From positions 1-62,254 of the IMG/VR virus record IMGVR_UViG_3300045988_101293: a DNA stretch of 62,254 nucleotides, one strand, 5' to 3'. The position numbers were made by a program, and so were the translations under genes. This DNA comes from a virus. Position 1 is the first letter of the stretch; each line of letters opens with the position of its first letter. Under the pieces are notes generated by a model that was not told the DNA's origin, searched no databases, and worked only from the letters and a program-made list of their open reading frames with translations. Below are positions 22,844 to 33,614 of the stretch, piece by piece.

Positions 22844-24831
22844 TGTAGTTGTCCTCCATACGTTGGTTCTTCATCACCTCTCACGGCACCATAGAGTTGA
22901 TTTACTGCGTTCATATTAGCACCTTGTTGCGCTTGTTGCATAAGTTCGGGCGAAACTCCTTCGGGCATCTGCCCTTGCTGCATTTCTTGTTGCTGGCTCT
23001 GAATACTTTGTAACAATTGGTCGGCAAACGTAAAGTCGCCCACTTCAAGCAACTGCTGCAAACTGATTTGCCCCGACTGCCAAAACTGAATAAGATAATC
23101 GTTGGCTATTTGTCGGTAAACAGGTGTTGCGGTTGACTCTACAATAGATAGGTCAAACTCCGTGTCGCGTATCTTATCAGGGTCGTATTCAATTTGCGTG
23201 GCCGAGCGACCTGCAATGTTGTAAGTTCGCTTTTGGTCGTAAAACTGCTGAATGTTTTTTACGTCCTTATAAGCTGCGTCAATTACAAATTGCGAAAAAG
23301 AGTCTAACAAATCCAACAAACTTGTTGTAGCGTTCTGTGCCTGTTGAGCATATAGCGTACCACTCGTACTACTAACTCCTTGTCGGCCTTGCAAAGCACC
23401 ATGCACACCACTAATGTCCTCAAAAAACTTTAGTTGCAAATTCAGCAATTCACTGATACCAATGTTTGTTGAATTGTTCGCCACTTGTGTAGGAGCAGGA
23501 ACACCAGGCTTAGCATGATACACCACCACACCATTAAATCTTGTCCAAGCATCAGCAAAATCTTCAGGACTTTGGTCGCCCAAACAATCATCTGGCACGA
23601 GCAACACACCTTTTGCCGAAGCACGCATTATCCAATCATACAAGGTGATAAGACGATTTGAATAACGCTGCTGGTCTATCACATCTGAAACGAAAGAATG
23701 TATTTCGCCATCAATGAACGGATATGCCTTGAACACATAAGGGTGGCTTTTGTGCGCATAAGGTGTTTCGCACTCCGCTAAAATGTCGCCAAATGGGGTT
23801 AGATAATAGTAATACCAATAACTATCAACAAACCATTCTGTTTCAATTAAGGGAATATCATCTACCTCCATTCCTGCTTCACGGCCTTGTTCAATGCGCT
23901 GCGCATTTACATCGTCAACAAGTTCTTTCTTGTCTTGAACATCTATTTTGAAAATGTCACCATTATTGTAGTCATGACATCGAATGCGAGGTTTTTGCTC
24001 TTTGCGCCACACCTCAATTACACGACAAAGCGACTCATCTGTGTTCAGCAAAAAGTCAAGGTCGTTGCGTTTTGTCGAAACACCAAAACGTTCACGTGTG
24101 CTAACAAAAGTTTTTAAATCGTTAGCAGCACGATAAATGTTCGCTAACCTTTCATAATCATCTGGCGATTGTGCAAATTGGGCTACAAGGTCGCCAAATG
24201 TGATGTCGTGTATCTCGCCAAGACAAGTAACATCCCAACCACGAAAATCACGCATATTGGTGTCAACAAAAAAACGATTGGGATTAACATAATCCGTCCA
24301 ACAATCTAACTTGTCGTTGCGCCAACCATACCACTTTCTGTGAACTACAAATGCGCCTACCATATACTCTTCCATGGTTCTTGCATAAAGTTCATTCATG
24401 CGGTTGAGTTGCATATTATACTGCAACACGGTTGACATCGTTTCTCCTAGCTTTTGTTCATCGCGGTCGCGTGCGTTGCAAACGGGTTCTTTGCTTTGGC
24501 TACGATACACACCTATCACATTGCGAATAAGGCGACGAATAAGATTGTTCTTTAGTGGAATATTACCTTGGCTGCGTATGTAGGCTTCTTCGGTCATTCT
24601 ACGTTTGCAGCCATTCTCTTCCACTTCAATCATATCGTCCCATTGGTCTCCGTAAGCATAGCGTTTATTGCGCTCACGTTCCTTACGGAAATCGTCCATA
24701 TTATTCCAGAAAGTTTGTGCCATTGCAAGCACCTCATAAGCTCTTGAAGGGTTATGCTTCTTTTCTGCTGCAACGGAATCCATTCCGCCAACGTTATCTG
24801 GTTTTACTTTGGATAGTGAGTGCAATTCCAT
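22840..24831 (-). CDS. Portal protein
   Basis: 663 aa, typical size, positioned next to the capsid and scaffold genes, acidic/Q-rich C-terminus. Confidence 0.6.
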   Translation of the reverse strand: MELHSLSKVKPDNVGGMDSVAAEKKHNPSRAYEVLAMAQTFWNNMDDFRKERERNKRYAYGDQWDDMIEVEENGCKRRMTEEAYIRSQGNIPLKNNLIRRLIRNVIGVYRSQSKEPVCNARDRDEQKLGETMSTVLQYNMQLNRMNELYARTMEEYMVGAFVVHRKWYGWRNDKLDCWTDYVNPNRFFVDTNMRDFRGWDVTCLGEIHDITFGDLVAQFAQSPDDYERLANIYRAANDLKTFVSTRERFGVSTKRNDLDFLLNTDESLCRVIEVWRKEQKPRIRCHDYNNGDIFKIDVQDKKELVDDVNAQRIEQGREAGMEVDDIPLIETEWFVDSYWYYYYLTPFGDILAECETPYAHKSHPYVFKAYPFIDGEIHSFVSDVIDQQRYSNRLITLYDWIMRASAKGVLLVPDDCLGDQSPEDFADAWTRFNGVVVYHAKPGVPAPTQVANNSTNIGISELLNLQLKFFEDISGVHGALQGRQGVSSTSGTLYAQQAQNATTSLLDLLDSFSQFVIDAAYKDVKNIQQFYDQKRTYNIAGRSATQIEYDPDKIRDTEFDLSIVESTATPVYRQIANDYLIQFWQSGQISLQQLLEVGDFTFADQLLQSIQSQQQEMQQGQMPEGVSPELMQQAQQGANMNAVNQLYGAVRGDEEPTYGGQLQ

Positions 24832-24840
24832 TGTTCTCTG

Positions 24841-25266
24841 TTAATCTGTAATTTTTACATCAATGCCATTCGCTTTGCCAACTTCAATGATAGTTTCACG
24901 TGTGCGAAGTTTGCTCTTAGGTGTGCCAAAGTTTTCGTTTAAATAAGTTGAAGCATCTCCTAACGAATTAAATAGCATTTCTTTTAAAGCTTGCTCTTCC
25001 TCATTTTCTTGTACTTCGTTATCACCTTCATGATTATCTGAACCATGTTCATATAACAACTTGATATAATCCGATTTGAAATAGTGACTACTTTCAATAA
25101 TGTGTTGGCACACAGGGTTTGATGTTGTATATTTAGCTGGTGTCTCTCCATAGGCTGTTACTCCGCCACCACTAAATAAAGGTTGGAATTTAGCCTTGCC
25201 AACATGCAATAGCGGTTGCCAATCCATTAAACCATAAACACCATAGGTTTTCAATTTTTTATTCAT
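24841..25266 (-). CDS. Hypothetical head-associated protein
   Basis: 141-aa ORF between the capsid and portal genes. Confidence 0.4.
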   Translation of the reverse strand: MNKKLKTYGVYGLMDWQPLLHVGKAKFQPLFSGGGVTAYGETPAKYTTSNPVCQHIIESSHYFKSDYIKLLYEHGSDNHEGDNEVQENEEEQALKEMLFNSLGDASTYLNENFGTPKSKLRTRETIIEVGKANGIDVKITD

Positions 25267-25328
25267 TCTTCTGATATTAAGAGAGCAATGTCAGACGCAA
25301 GTGTGGTAGCGTCTGACATCGCGAATGG

Positions 25329-26843
25329 TTAACCGTAAATTTCGCCTGTGTACTCTACCCACTTGGTGTCTTTGTACTGCCACATAGTGCCAGCTTTTGC
25401 CGACTTGTTGATAGCAACACAATCATTGATGAGGTAGTAAACAATGCCTTCAGTCGTTTCAGGAGCAGTATCTTTCTCCCACATGGCAAAGGTAATTGCA
25501 CCTTCATTGGTGTCATCACCTTCACCATTGATGAAGATATGACAACCGCCTTTCAGCGCAAGACAATCCCACACAATCAAACCCTTGCGAGTTGCTTCTT
25601 CGCCCTCTACGCGGTCTGAAAATTCGTGGTCACTTGTGCGTTTATAATGAACCAATCGGTCTTCGCCCAACAAAGCACCCGAATTGCTCCAACCTAATTT
25701 ATCAAGTGTCGGTTCACGTTTAATTTCAATATCGCCAAACACGGTATGGAAGTTGGTTACAATCCAACCTACTGGATTAGTTTTGGTAGAAATTTGAATT
25801 TCGGGGTGTTGTGTATAGTCAATGCACTGAATTTGTTCAAGCAAATTCTTACCAGCCAAAAGAATAGCAGTCTTAGGCACATCTTCACCTGTAAAGAACA
25901 TCTTTGCCAATGCAATAATCTTCTCTATGGTCCACTTGCCAGTATGCTGCAACTCACGCATAAACTGCCAACGAATACCCTCGGCACAATAAACAGTCTG
26001 TGCGCCCAACTTGGGTACATTTACCGTAAACTTACCTTTGCGACCTGCCCACAATGTGCGGTTGCAACGTGTCTTAAAGTTGGTAATGGCTTGTTCTGCA
26101 ATGAGTGCTTGTGAAAATGGAATGTGCTTTTTCTGACTTTCAAAATAGTCTGATACAATTTGGTTCATACCTCGCTTCTGCAAGTACACCTCGCGAGGTT
26201 GCGGAACAATAAGGTCGGGAGCAACCTCTTTTTGTGTTTCATACAATGCGTTTGAAAGAATGCAGATTTCTGTGTTTTCGGGAATAGCTGGCACGGAACA
26301 GAATGTTGAACCTGTCATGCGCTTACCATTCACGGCACGACAAACGGGGTTGCCATCTGAATCTCGACCAGTTACAAACAACATCAAGTCTTTGCCTGGT
26401 GTTTTATTCTTACCTTGCTCGTCATAACCAGCAACACCCTTTACGAGTAAAGTACCAAACTCTTGTGGAATGTTTTGTTCTGTGCCATCAAGAGGAAGTG
26501 AGAATGAACTTGAATTAGCACTTTCGGTTACTGCATTAATTGTGGTTACTGACGATTTCGGCTCGTCAATCATGTAGTGTTCCACTTCGGGCGAGTCAAC
26601 AGGTACCTTTTTAGCCTTAAGCATAAGTTGCATAAGAGGAGTGTCATCACCTTTAAAGGCAAAAAGGTCTGCATCAATGTCTTGTTCAACAAAATTGCCA
26701 GCACCAACACCACCTGTTGCATTGGCTGCATTCGACACGGTTGTTGCTTGACCCGAAACTTGGGTTGACAAACCTGCTGAACCCTTACTGGGGGTGATTG
26801 CAGCGTCTGACTTCATCTGAACGTTTTCTGTGATTTCTGCCAT
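25329..26843 (-). CDS. Major capsid protein
   Basis: 504 aa, directly downstream of the scaffold-like gene, in a tight late operon. Confidence 0.6.
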   Translation of the reverse strand: MAEITENVQMKSDAAITPSKGSAGLSTQVSGQATTVSNAANATGGVGAGNFVEQDIDADLFAFKGDDTPLMQLMLKAKKVPVDSPEVEHYMIDEPKSSVTTINAVTESANSSSFSLPLDGTEQNIPQEFGTLLVKGVAGYDEQGKNKTPGKDLMLFVTGRDSDGNPVCRAVNGKRMTGSTFCSVPAIPENTEICILSNALYETQKEVAPDLIVPQPREVYLQKRGMNQIVSDYFESQKKHIPFSQALIAEQAITNFKTRCNRTLWAGRKGKFTVNVPKLGAQTVYCAEGIRWQFMRELQHTGKWTIEKIIALAKMFFTGEDVPKTAILLAGKNLLEQIQCIDYTQHPEIQISTKTNPVGWIVTNFHTVFGDIEIKREPTLDKLGWSNSGALLGEDRLVHYKRTSDHEFSDRVEGEEATRKGLIVWDCLALKGGCHIFINGEGDDTNEGAITFAMWEKDTAPETTEGIVYYLINDCVAINKSAKAGTMWQYKDTKWVEYTGEIYG

Positions 26844-26864
26844 AGTTTTATAAAATTGTTCTGT

Positions 26865-27038
26865 TTATTTGTTATTGTTCTGTTTAATGAAGAGTGAACC
26901 ACCCTTCATTCCTCCAGTAGCCATAGCTAAAGCTGATACGGTTGTCGCCACTCCTGGTAATTGGCTCCTTAGTCCTGTGCTTCCCTTACCAGCACTGACT
27001 TTGACTTCATTCGGGAATTGAATTGTTTCAAAATTCAT
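26865..27038 (-). CDS. 57-aa mini-protein paralogous to the N-terminus of the major capsid protein
   Basis: AGKGSTGLRSQLPGVATTVSALAMATGGMKGGSLF compares with capsid PSKGSAGLSTQVSGQATTVSNAANATGGVGAGNFV (about half identical). Confidence 0.55.
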   Translation of the reverse strand: MNFETIQFPNEVKVSAGKGSTGLRSQLPGVATTVSALAMATGGMKGGSLFIKQNNNK

Positions 27039-27057
27039 CTCTATATAAGTCTGTGAT

Positions 27058-27843
27058 TTATGCTTGTGATGCAAGGGCAAATATGCTTTGTTGAGTTGGT
27101 GAACGCTGTACTTTCCCGTTCTTGCCATTGAGCTGCGGTGTTCCGTCTCCCGATTTGGCTTTGCGCAATTTTTCCTCAATTTTAGCATTGCGTCCCTTTA
27201 CTTCACCCTCTTGTTGTGCAGTAGCAATGTCTTGATTATAGTTCTGTGCGTTCATCACTAACTGCAAGGTTTCTGGACTAAATTTGCCCATCACTGCATC
27301 ATCAACAATTTGAAAGAGTTGTTGAAACGCATTATCAATTTGCTCATCACTCCAACCATTTTGTTTTTGAGCATCAGCGAGAGTTTGTAACGACTCTTGT
27401 AAATTCGTTTCATACTCATTGTCAAGTTCCTTGCTCTTGTTGACTCTTTCAATGTACTCTCTGTTGGCTTTAGCTATTTCCTCCTGCCGTGCTGGGTCAT
27501 CAGCAGCATCTACAATGTCTTTACCAAAAGTGCGTACAAGAGCCACAACGGGGTCGCTCCCATCTTTCCACTCCATCAAAAACGAGGTGGCACGAGGGTC
27601 AGTGGCAAACATATCGCCAATAGCTTGTTCGTTCTTCTGATAGTCCGCTAATCGTTTGTCGTAATCATCATAGTCATCACTAACTTGCCCAGCAAAAGCT
27701 TCATCATCGTCAAAGTTTTTGTCGGGATATTTTTTTGAAAGTCGCTCGCGTAGCATATCGCGTTTCGACTTTTTAGAAGGTGTTTCGCTTTGTGTTTCTG
27801 GTTGCGTAACTTCCTGTCCTTTTATTTCATCTTCCATAAGCAT
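27058..27843 (-). CDS. Scaffolding protein candidate
   Basis: Acidic, helical, low-complexity, immediately upstream of the capsid gene. Likely start MLMEDEIKG. Confidence 0.5.
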   Translation of the reverse strand: MLMEDEIKGQEVTQPETQSETPSKKSKRDMLRERLSKKYPDKNFDDDEAFAGQVSDDYDDYDKRLADYQKNEQAIGDMFATDPRATSFLMEWKDGSDPVVALVRTFGKDIVDAADDPARQEEIAKANREYIERVNKSKELDNEYETNLQESLQTLADAQKQNGWSDEQIDNAFQQLFQIVDDAVMGKFSPETLQLVMNAQNYNQDIATAQQEGEVKGRNAKIEEKLRKAKSGDGTPQLNGKNGKVQRSPTQQSIFALASQA

Positions 27844-28027
27844 TCGTTTTATTCTTTGTAGCAAATTTAGTGGGTAAGTGAAATATAACTTCTTTATTTC
27901 CAACCTCGTTAAATGATTTTTTTTAATTTTGCGCTTGTACAACACAATAACTTTTCATCTCATAATTATATGCGAGTGCTGCAAACGTAAAATTTGCATC
28001 ACTCGCCTTTTACTTTTTCATTTGCTT

Positions 28028-28438
28028 ATGAAACACACTGGCTCATCATTCCCTTACAAAATGCAGCGCGAGAGGGAACTCGTTAAAGCATTTAAACAAG
28101 AGTTAGCTCAATGCAAGCATATTAGCATGAACAAGGTGTTTGAACGTGTGGTTAAACACCCTTGCTCACGTTTTTGGGTGAGCGAAGAGCGTGCTGCCAT
28201 TGCCGTTTCGTCCATGTTGCGAGGGTGTGATGTGGTGTTTGCTAACGGAATGAAAAGGCAAATGTATCGTGAACTCTTTCGCCGTTACAACGAGATGCGA
28301 GCCCAAAACAAAGGGTTGCCCTTGTCGCGCATTATTTTTAGGATTGTCAATAGTCCTGCTCCACACTTTTACCTTTCAGCATCACAAGCTAAAATCATTA
28401 TTAATGCAGCACGCAAACGGCATGTTGTGAAATGGTGA
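28028..28438 (+). CDS. Basic protein encoded antisense inside the morphogenesis operon (regulator?)
   Basis: MKHTGSSFPYKMQRERELVKAF...SPAPHFYLSASQAKIIINAARKRH. The only plus-strand gene between 16.2 and 35.7 kb. Confidence 0.45.
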   Translation: MKHTGSSFPYKMQRERELVKAFKQELAQCKHISMNKVFERVVKHPCSRFWVSEERAAIAVSSMLRGCDVVFANGMKRQMYRELFRRYNEMRAQNKGLPLSRIIFRIVNSPAPHFYLSASQAKIIINAARKRHVVKW

Positions 28439-28447
28439 ATGGAAAAG

Positions 28448-30580
28448 CTATATCACCGCTTCGGTTATTTTGTTCACTTTGTGCTTGGGTTTCATGCTAA
28501 CTTTTCGCTCAACTACAATGGGCAGTGGCATTACCTTAAAGTTGTAGGCTATGTGCAGACCAATGGCACGTGTCATAAGCAAATCGTCATGTTTGCCAGC
28601 TATGGCACCATATGCGCCATTAGGCTTTTGCTCGTAAGTAAGGTATTCGTCAAGGCAGCGCGTGTCGCGTTCAACATACAAATGCTCACGCACCACTTTC
28701 ACAAGGTTTGAAATTACCATGGGTTTGGTGGCTGCATTGGTGTGAAAACCATACTTGCGTGGCGCGCCCTCACGAATTTCGTCTTCGCTCTGTTCGCGTG
28801 CATAAAGGTTGTCGTACACCTCTTTAATTTCGTAAAGAATGAATTGCGATTGGTCGCCATCAACCATGCGGTATTTGTCTTTCGTTTCGAGCGTATTGCT
28901 TTCAATCACAAGCAAAGCATCGTCATACCACTTTGCTATTTGCGCTGCCTTCCATGCCAACAAGTCAATGTCGATGTGGCCATACCATTGTGCCACCACT
29001 TCGGGGCGTTCACCGCTCATAAGATATAGTCGGTCAATCACACAAATTACCGACCAGTCGGCCTTGGCAGACCGACCACCAATGTCTACTACAACAAGGT
29101 AGCGGTTTTTAATTTTTTCAAGTGGGTCAACTTCGGGTTTGTCCCAAACGCATAGCAATCCTGTTTTGTCGGGTGCAAACCTTACGTGTTGCAAAGCCTC
29201 TTTACCTTCATCGCCATCGGCATATACATCGCCCACATAACGCGGTGGTCGGCATGCAGGGCGGAATTGCTCAACAAGCAATTTGTCAAACACCTTGCAG
29301 CCTGAATAAACAAAGGCTTCGTTATCGTCAGTGGGGTACTCACTCGCCATGTCGCCATGGTCGGTATATTTTTTCCTTTCGTCAATGTACCACGCTATGG
29401 CTTCAAGGGTTGCGCCACATTGCCACAAGTACCACAAGTATTTTCCTGGTTCAGCACGATTGGTAGGGGAGTACACTTGGTCTTTTTGCGCTTCAAGGCT
29501 TTGTGCAAAATCACGTTTTGCCTTTTCGGTTTTAAACTCCTTTCGGTCCAATTCGATTTGATACCACGCTATAAAGAGTGAATGAAATTGTGAGGTGCTT
29601 TCTTCACCTCTTCGTAGGTGTTCGTCACTCTCTTTTGCAGCATTGTATTCGCGTTCAAAAAAATTGCCTGTGCCATTTGCCGTGCTTTCGTACACTATCA
29701 TTGTCAGTGGCTTTAGGGTTATGCCCGAACAGGCTGAACGTACTACCTTTTCGGGCGAGTGATTGTCAGTAGGAGACCAAAGGCCCACCTCGGTGCAATG
29801 CACAAGACTATAAGCACCACCACGTGCCGACTCTGGCTTTTCATACGACCCAATTTTTATTTTGAAATTCCGCTGTGGTATGCGTTTAATGTTGCCACTA
29901 TTACCCACAGCACTTTGTTTGGGTTCGTTAGGGTCAAACTCCTCACCAACGTTGTGCAGCATAGCGAGTGGGTACTCATTTATCATTTTGTCAAACATAT
30001 CACGCACCTCGTATGAAGCATCTTTTACATGACCCACAATCAGCGAGTTCAATCCCTCCTCTTGCACCAACTGCAACCATGCCATATAAATTTGTGTGGC
30101 TGTTGAACCGCCCCATTGTCGAGCTTTGAGCAGTATTAAACGTATGGGTTGGTTGGCCAATCGCATTTGCTCAAATCGCGTAATGAGTATGCGTTGTGGG
30201 TAATTCAAACTAAAGTGAATGTCGTCGCCACCTAATTTGTTGCTGATTAACACATATATCACGGCCCAAAACGCAAAGTCATACTTGCACCTTATGCGCG
30301 TAAACGTTTGTATGATGTAGTCGGCTTCATTATTGCTGAACACGGCATCTTCGTTCAGTGTGTCGTAAAACTTGCGTATGCTGCCACATTCAGCTAATTG
30401 TTTCACAAACGGCTCTTTCATCATCTCTTTGGGTAACCATTGCTTTTTAATCGGGAAGTCCGTTATCGTAACAAGCACACGTTCAAGTATGCTACCCTCA
30501 CCCGTAACGGGGTTGAAGGTTGCAAATAGTTGAGCATTTCGCTGCGCGTTTTCGTGCAATATGTCGTTCATGCTTGGCAT
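28448..30580 (-). CDS. terL: Terminase large subunit
   Basis: ATPase motif LLKARQWGGSTATQ and nuclease-domain motif YLVVVDIGGRSAKADWSVICVIDR; 710 aa. Confidence 0.8.
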   Translation of the reverse strand: MPSMNDILHENAQRNAQLFATFNPVTGEGSILERVLVTITDFPIKKQWLPKEMMKEPFVKQLAECGSIRKFYDTLNEDAVFSNNEADYIIQTFTRIRCKYDFAFWAVIYVLISNKLGGDDIHFSLNYPQRILITRFEQMRLANQPIRLILLKARQWGGSTATQIYMAWLQLVQEEGLNSLIVGHVKDASYEVRDMFDKMINEYPLAMLHNVGEEFDPNEPKQSAVGNSGNIKRIPQRNFKIKIGSYEKPESARGGAYSLVHCTEVGLWSPTDNHSPEKVVRSACSGITLKPLTMIVYESTANGTGNFFEREYNAAKESDEHLRRGEESTSQFHSLFIAWYQIELDRKEFKTEKAKRDFAQSLEAQKDQVYSPTNRAEPGKYLWYLWQCGATLEAIAWYIDERKKYTDHGDMASEYPTDDNEAFVYSGCKVFDKLLVEQFRPACRPPRYVGDVYADGDEGKEALQHVRFAPDKTGLLCVWDKPEVDPLEKIKNRYLVVVDIGGRSAKADWSVICVIDRLYLMSGERPEVVAQWYGHIDIDLLAWKAAQIAKWYDDALLVIESNTLETKDKYRMVDGDQSQFILYEIKEVYDNLYAREQSEDEIREGAPRKYGFHTNAATKPMVISNLVKVVREHLYVERDTRCLDEYLTYEQKPNGAYGAIAGKHDDLLMTRAIGLHIAYNFKVMPLPIVVERKVSMKPKHKVNKITEAVI

Positions 30581-30612
30581 CTTAATTTAATTTTATCCGT
30601 CAGTGTTTAGGC

Positions 30613-33612
30613 TCATCGTTGCATGTCGGTCATTCGTGGGGCAAAAGTAATGGTTGTTCCTTGCAAGGTTTCGTTCTGTTTAAATTCGGGAAGGAACAAC
30701 ATCAGTCGGTAGTATTTGTAGCCAGTCCCCCTAAACCCTCTAAGATAAATGTTTGAACTTGACCACACAGGCACCCAGTTGTAAAGGTCGTTACTGCCAT
30801 AAAGTGCTTGCTTTACATCGTCCTTACTGCAAAAAACTCCTCTCTGAATAAGGCTATGCAGTGTTTTATGCACATCGGGATAGCCTAATTTAAATGGTCG
30901 CGTAATGAGGTAGGCTTTTTGCGCTTCAACCACTTTGTCTGACGAGTAGTTGTACACCTTATATTGCGTATGATCTTTGGCTGTACTCACCTCTTTCACC
31001 ATTAAACACTCTTCGTACACATTCAAGTTACTATGAAAACCTTGTGTCATGATGCTCCACATGCCCGAAGCAGCTTCCATCACATACGAATAGTTATGCT
31101 TTTGGTTGTACACTATCAGTCGCCCATGAGGGTAGTCGTATGCAATTCGCGCTCCAGTTGTGAGGTAGGTATAAAGGTCAACCATTTGGGGGACTGCATC
31201 AAGGTGCAATACATTTGTGAAAGCCTTTTGTATAAATGTTGCTTGATGATTGCCTTTGCACGTGTCGTAATCATAAGTGGCAGTAGGGTCGGCAGGCAAT
31301 AAGAGTTGACGCCCCTCACCGCCTAACGAAATTATGCCTTGTTTAGTTACAAACACAACGCTACTCTCCATGTTTGACACGCTATTGGCATCAGATAGAA
31401 TGTCGTATGAAAAAGGTGAGCAATTTTGCAGCGTTCCGTCTGTCCCTACCCCAATAGCATACACACCATCTGTGCAGAAAGCATACAAAGGGTATTGGCC
31501 AAATTGGCCTTGGCTTACTGCACGCGAGTTGCTTGCAAGGGATAAAACAGTTCCTTCACCACATTGTGCGCTATTACCATCTTTAAAAACAAATGGGTTA
31601 TTAACTTCTGAGATTTTTACTAAGTTTCTATTTTCTTCATAATCACGGTTAGGTAATGAATACAAATCATATCCTGGTTGTGTCTGTGTAGTATTAATGA
31701 TGGCATTTTTTATTTCATTTTTCTCATTGAAACAATATGATACATTTAGAAAGTCACTCTGGTTAAGTTGTAGAACCAAAGCTTTAGCATTTACTACATT
31801 TGTAACTTCGGTATCACTACTAAGATTTGGTACAATTGATAACCTATCTGCCTTCGACTCTGGAATTGTTATAAATAAAGGAATGCGCAATGAAGAATTA
31901 TTAAAGTCCTTTGATGTCGCACGAATTTTGCACTTAGAATATGAAGATGAGCGATATTCATTTACTTCAATGTTACCAATTTGCTTTTTATAGTTTCGCG
32001 TATCAAATAAGACTTCGCAAAAAGCACTACTAACATTTCCTGTGTTGATATCAATATACTTCTTATTTATGACGTCTGCATGTGAAGGTGTTGCCTCTGT
32101 AGATGTATTCTTTTCGGAATCTTCTACAAGTGGTGCTTCAATGCTTATGTCAAGGCCGCTCATGTGCATTTTCCTTATATTTGCAGCAACTAATCGTGAG
32201 TTGAAACTATATAACCTTGATGCTTGTATGTTTTGGCTTGAGAAAGAATTATCTGTTAATTGCGTTCCTTCTGTATAGTTTACAAGAGTCTGTTTGTCTT
32301 TTTCAATTATATTATTCCAATCCTTACAACCATCCAGATATTCGCGTATGGGGAAAGAACGAACCAAATAGAAATTTTGAATATCCTTAGCTTCTTTGTA
32401 GCCAAGTTTCTTCTTGAAAACTAATTTAAAATCACTATCATTTGCCCCGTCTAATTTGAGAGTTCTTTCAATATCTAATTCATCCGTATCTATTGTATAC
32501 AAAGGCTTAGATACAAATATATCTATTGAAGCAATTAAGTCCTGCCATTTTCTTAGGTTGTTTAAATTGTTTGATATTTCTGTCGTAGTATCACCATCAT
32601 TCTTACATTCTATTTGATATGCTTCAAATCCAACATAAGCTTCTTTAATGACATATTTTATAAACTTTGTTTTTTCGGTATCTGATGAACTTTCTTCTAC
32701 TGCACCCTCATTCTTAACGATAAGAGTAGGGCTATCATTGGAAGGGAATACTAAAATCGGTGGTGATATATTGATATAATTACCATCATACATTTTCATT
32801 GCATATCTCAATACAACAGGGTACATAAAAAGACCTTTTTTATCAAGTTCTTTCTTTGTCGAATTTACAGCTGATAGTATAAAGTTTTCTGCTATTTCAA
32901 AATTACCTTTTGTTCCTGCAGTAGATTTATTATTGTTGCCCAAACTGGATCTTGATAATCCAATAGACATTTCTTTGCTTGAATAACGAACAAAGTAAAT
33001 GGAAATGCCATCCTTATATATAGTGTCAGAAATAGCCAAAACTGTATTGCAACCTGCATCCGTCCACCCTCTAAATCCGTGATTATATAAGGCTGTCTTG
33101 TAATCTGTATTACCTCCTGCCCATTCTTTACTTCTTAGATTTTGTCTTACTGCTTTAAAATGAATGTTTATGAAGTCTGGTAATCCTACAAGGTACAAAT
33201 AACACGCTCCTTGAGACTGGTATACCAAATGGCATAATTTCCCTTCATTTACAAACGAAATGATTTTACCAGTTGCACATATATCATCAAACTTTTGCTC
33301 TGTCGCTATATCATCTTTTATTAAATTTTCGTCTCCTAATGTGTTGACATTCAATTCATAAGCAGATAATTTGTAAGTTGGGTTTATAGCACCATCACTT
33401 TCAAAACCTATAATGATAGTCTTATCCTCCACTTTATGCACGAACATTGGTTCGAATCCGTCCTTATGATACATAACATCTTTAGGTATTCTCACAGCAT
33501 GATACCCACCATCCCTATACTCCGCATTTACAGCCAACTTCATCTCACCATCTTCGCTCTGGTAATCAGAAGGCTTGGATGTCATACCCTTGTATTCTAT
33601 TCTCTGTTCCAT
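30613..33612 (-). CDS. Large (999 aa) virion structural protein, function unknown
   Basis: Long beta-rich ORF between the small basic protein and terL. Confidence 0.4.
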   Translation of the reverse strand: MEQRIEYKGMTSKPSDYQSEDGEMKLAVNAEYRDGGYHAVRIPKDVMYHKDGFEPMFVHKVEDKTIIIGFESDGAINPTYKLSAYELNVNTLGDENLIKDDIATEQKFDDICATGKIISFVNEGKLCHLVYQSQGACYLYLVGLPDFINIHFKAVRQNLRSKEWAGGNTDYKTALYNHGFRGWTDAGCNTVLAISDTIYKDGISIYFVRYSSKEMSIGLSRSSLGNNNKSTAGTKGNFEIAENFILSAVNSTKKELDKKGLFMYPVVLRYAMKMYDGNYINISPPILVFPSNDSPTLIVKNEGAVEESSSDTEKTKFIKYVIKEAYVGFEAYQIECKNDGDTTTEISNNLNNLRKWQDLIASIDIFVSKPLYTIDTDELDIERTLKLDGANDSDFKLVFKKKLGYKEAKDIQNFYLVRSFPIREYLDGCKDWNNIIEKDKQTLVNYTEGTQLTDNSFSSQNIQASRLYSFNSRLVAANIRKMHMSGLDISIEAPLVEDSEKNTSTEATPSHADVINKKYIDINTGNVSSAFCEVLFDTRNYKKQIGNIEVNEYRSSSYSKCKIRATSKDFNNSSLRIPLFITIPESKADRLSIVPNLSSDTEVTNVVNAKALVLQLNQSDFLNVSYCFNEKNEIKNAIINTTQTQPGYDLYSLPNRDYEENRNLVKISEVNNPFVFKDGNSAQCGEGTVLSLASNSRAVSQGQFGQYPLYAFCTDGVYAIGVGTDGTLQNCSPFSYDILSDANSVSNMESSVVFVTKQGIISLGGEGRQLLLPADPTATYDYDTCKGNHQATFIQKAFTNVLHLDAVPQMVDLYTYLTTGARIAYDYPHGRLIVYNQKHNYSYVMEAASGMWSIMTQGFHSNLNVYEECLMVKEVSTAKDHTQYKVYNYSSDKVVEAQKAYLITRPFKLGYPDVHKTLHSLIQRGVFCSKDDVKQALYGSNDLYNWVPVWSSSNIYLRGFRGTGYKYYRLMLFLPEFKQNETLQGTTITFAPRMTDMQR

Positions 33613-33614
33613 GT

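Noticed and set aside
26865-27188. Long 107-aa version of the ORF upstream of the capsid gene
   Set aside because: Its first 50 codons overlap the 3' end of the scaffold gene in another frame and look like shadow sequence. The Met at 27038, 20 nt after the scaffold stop, gives the capsid-like 57-aa product.
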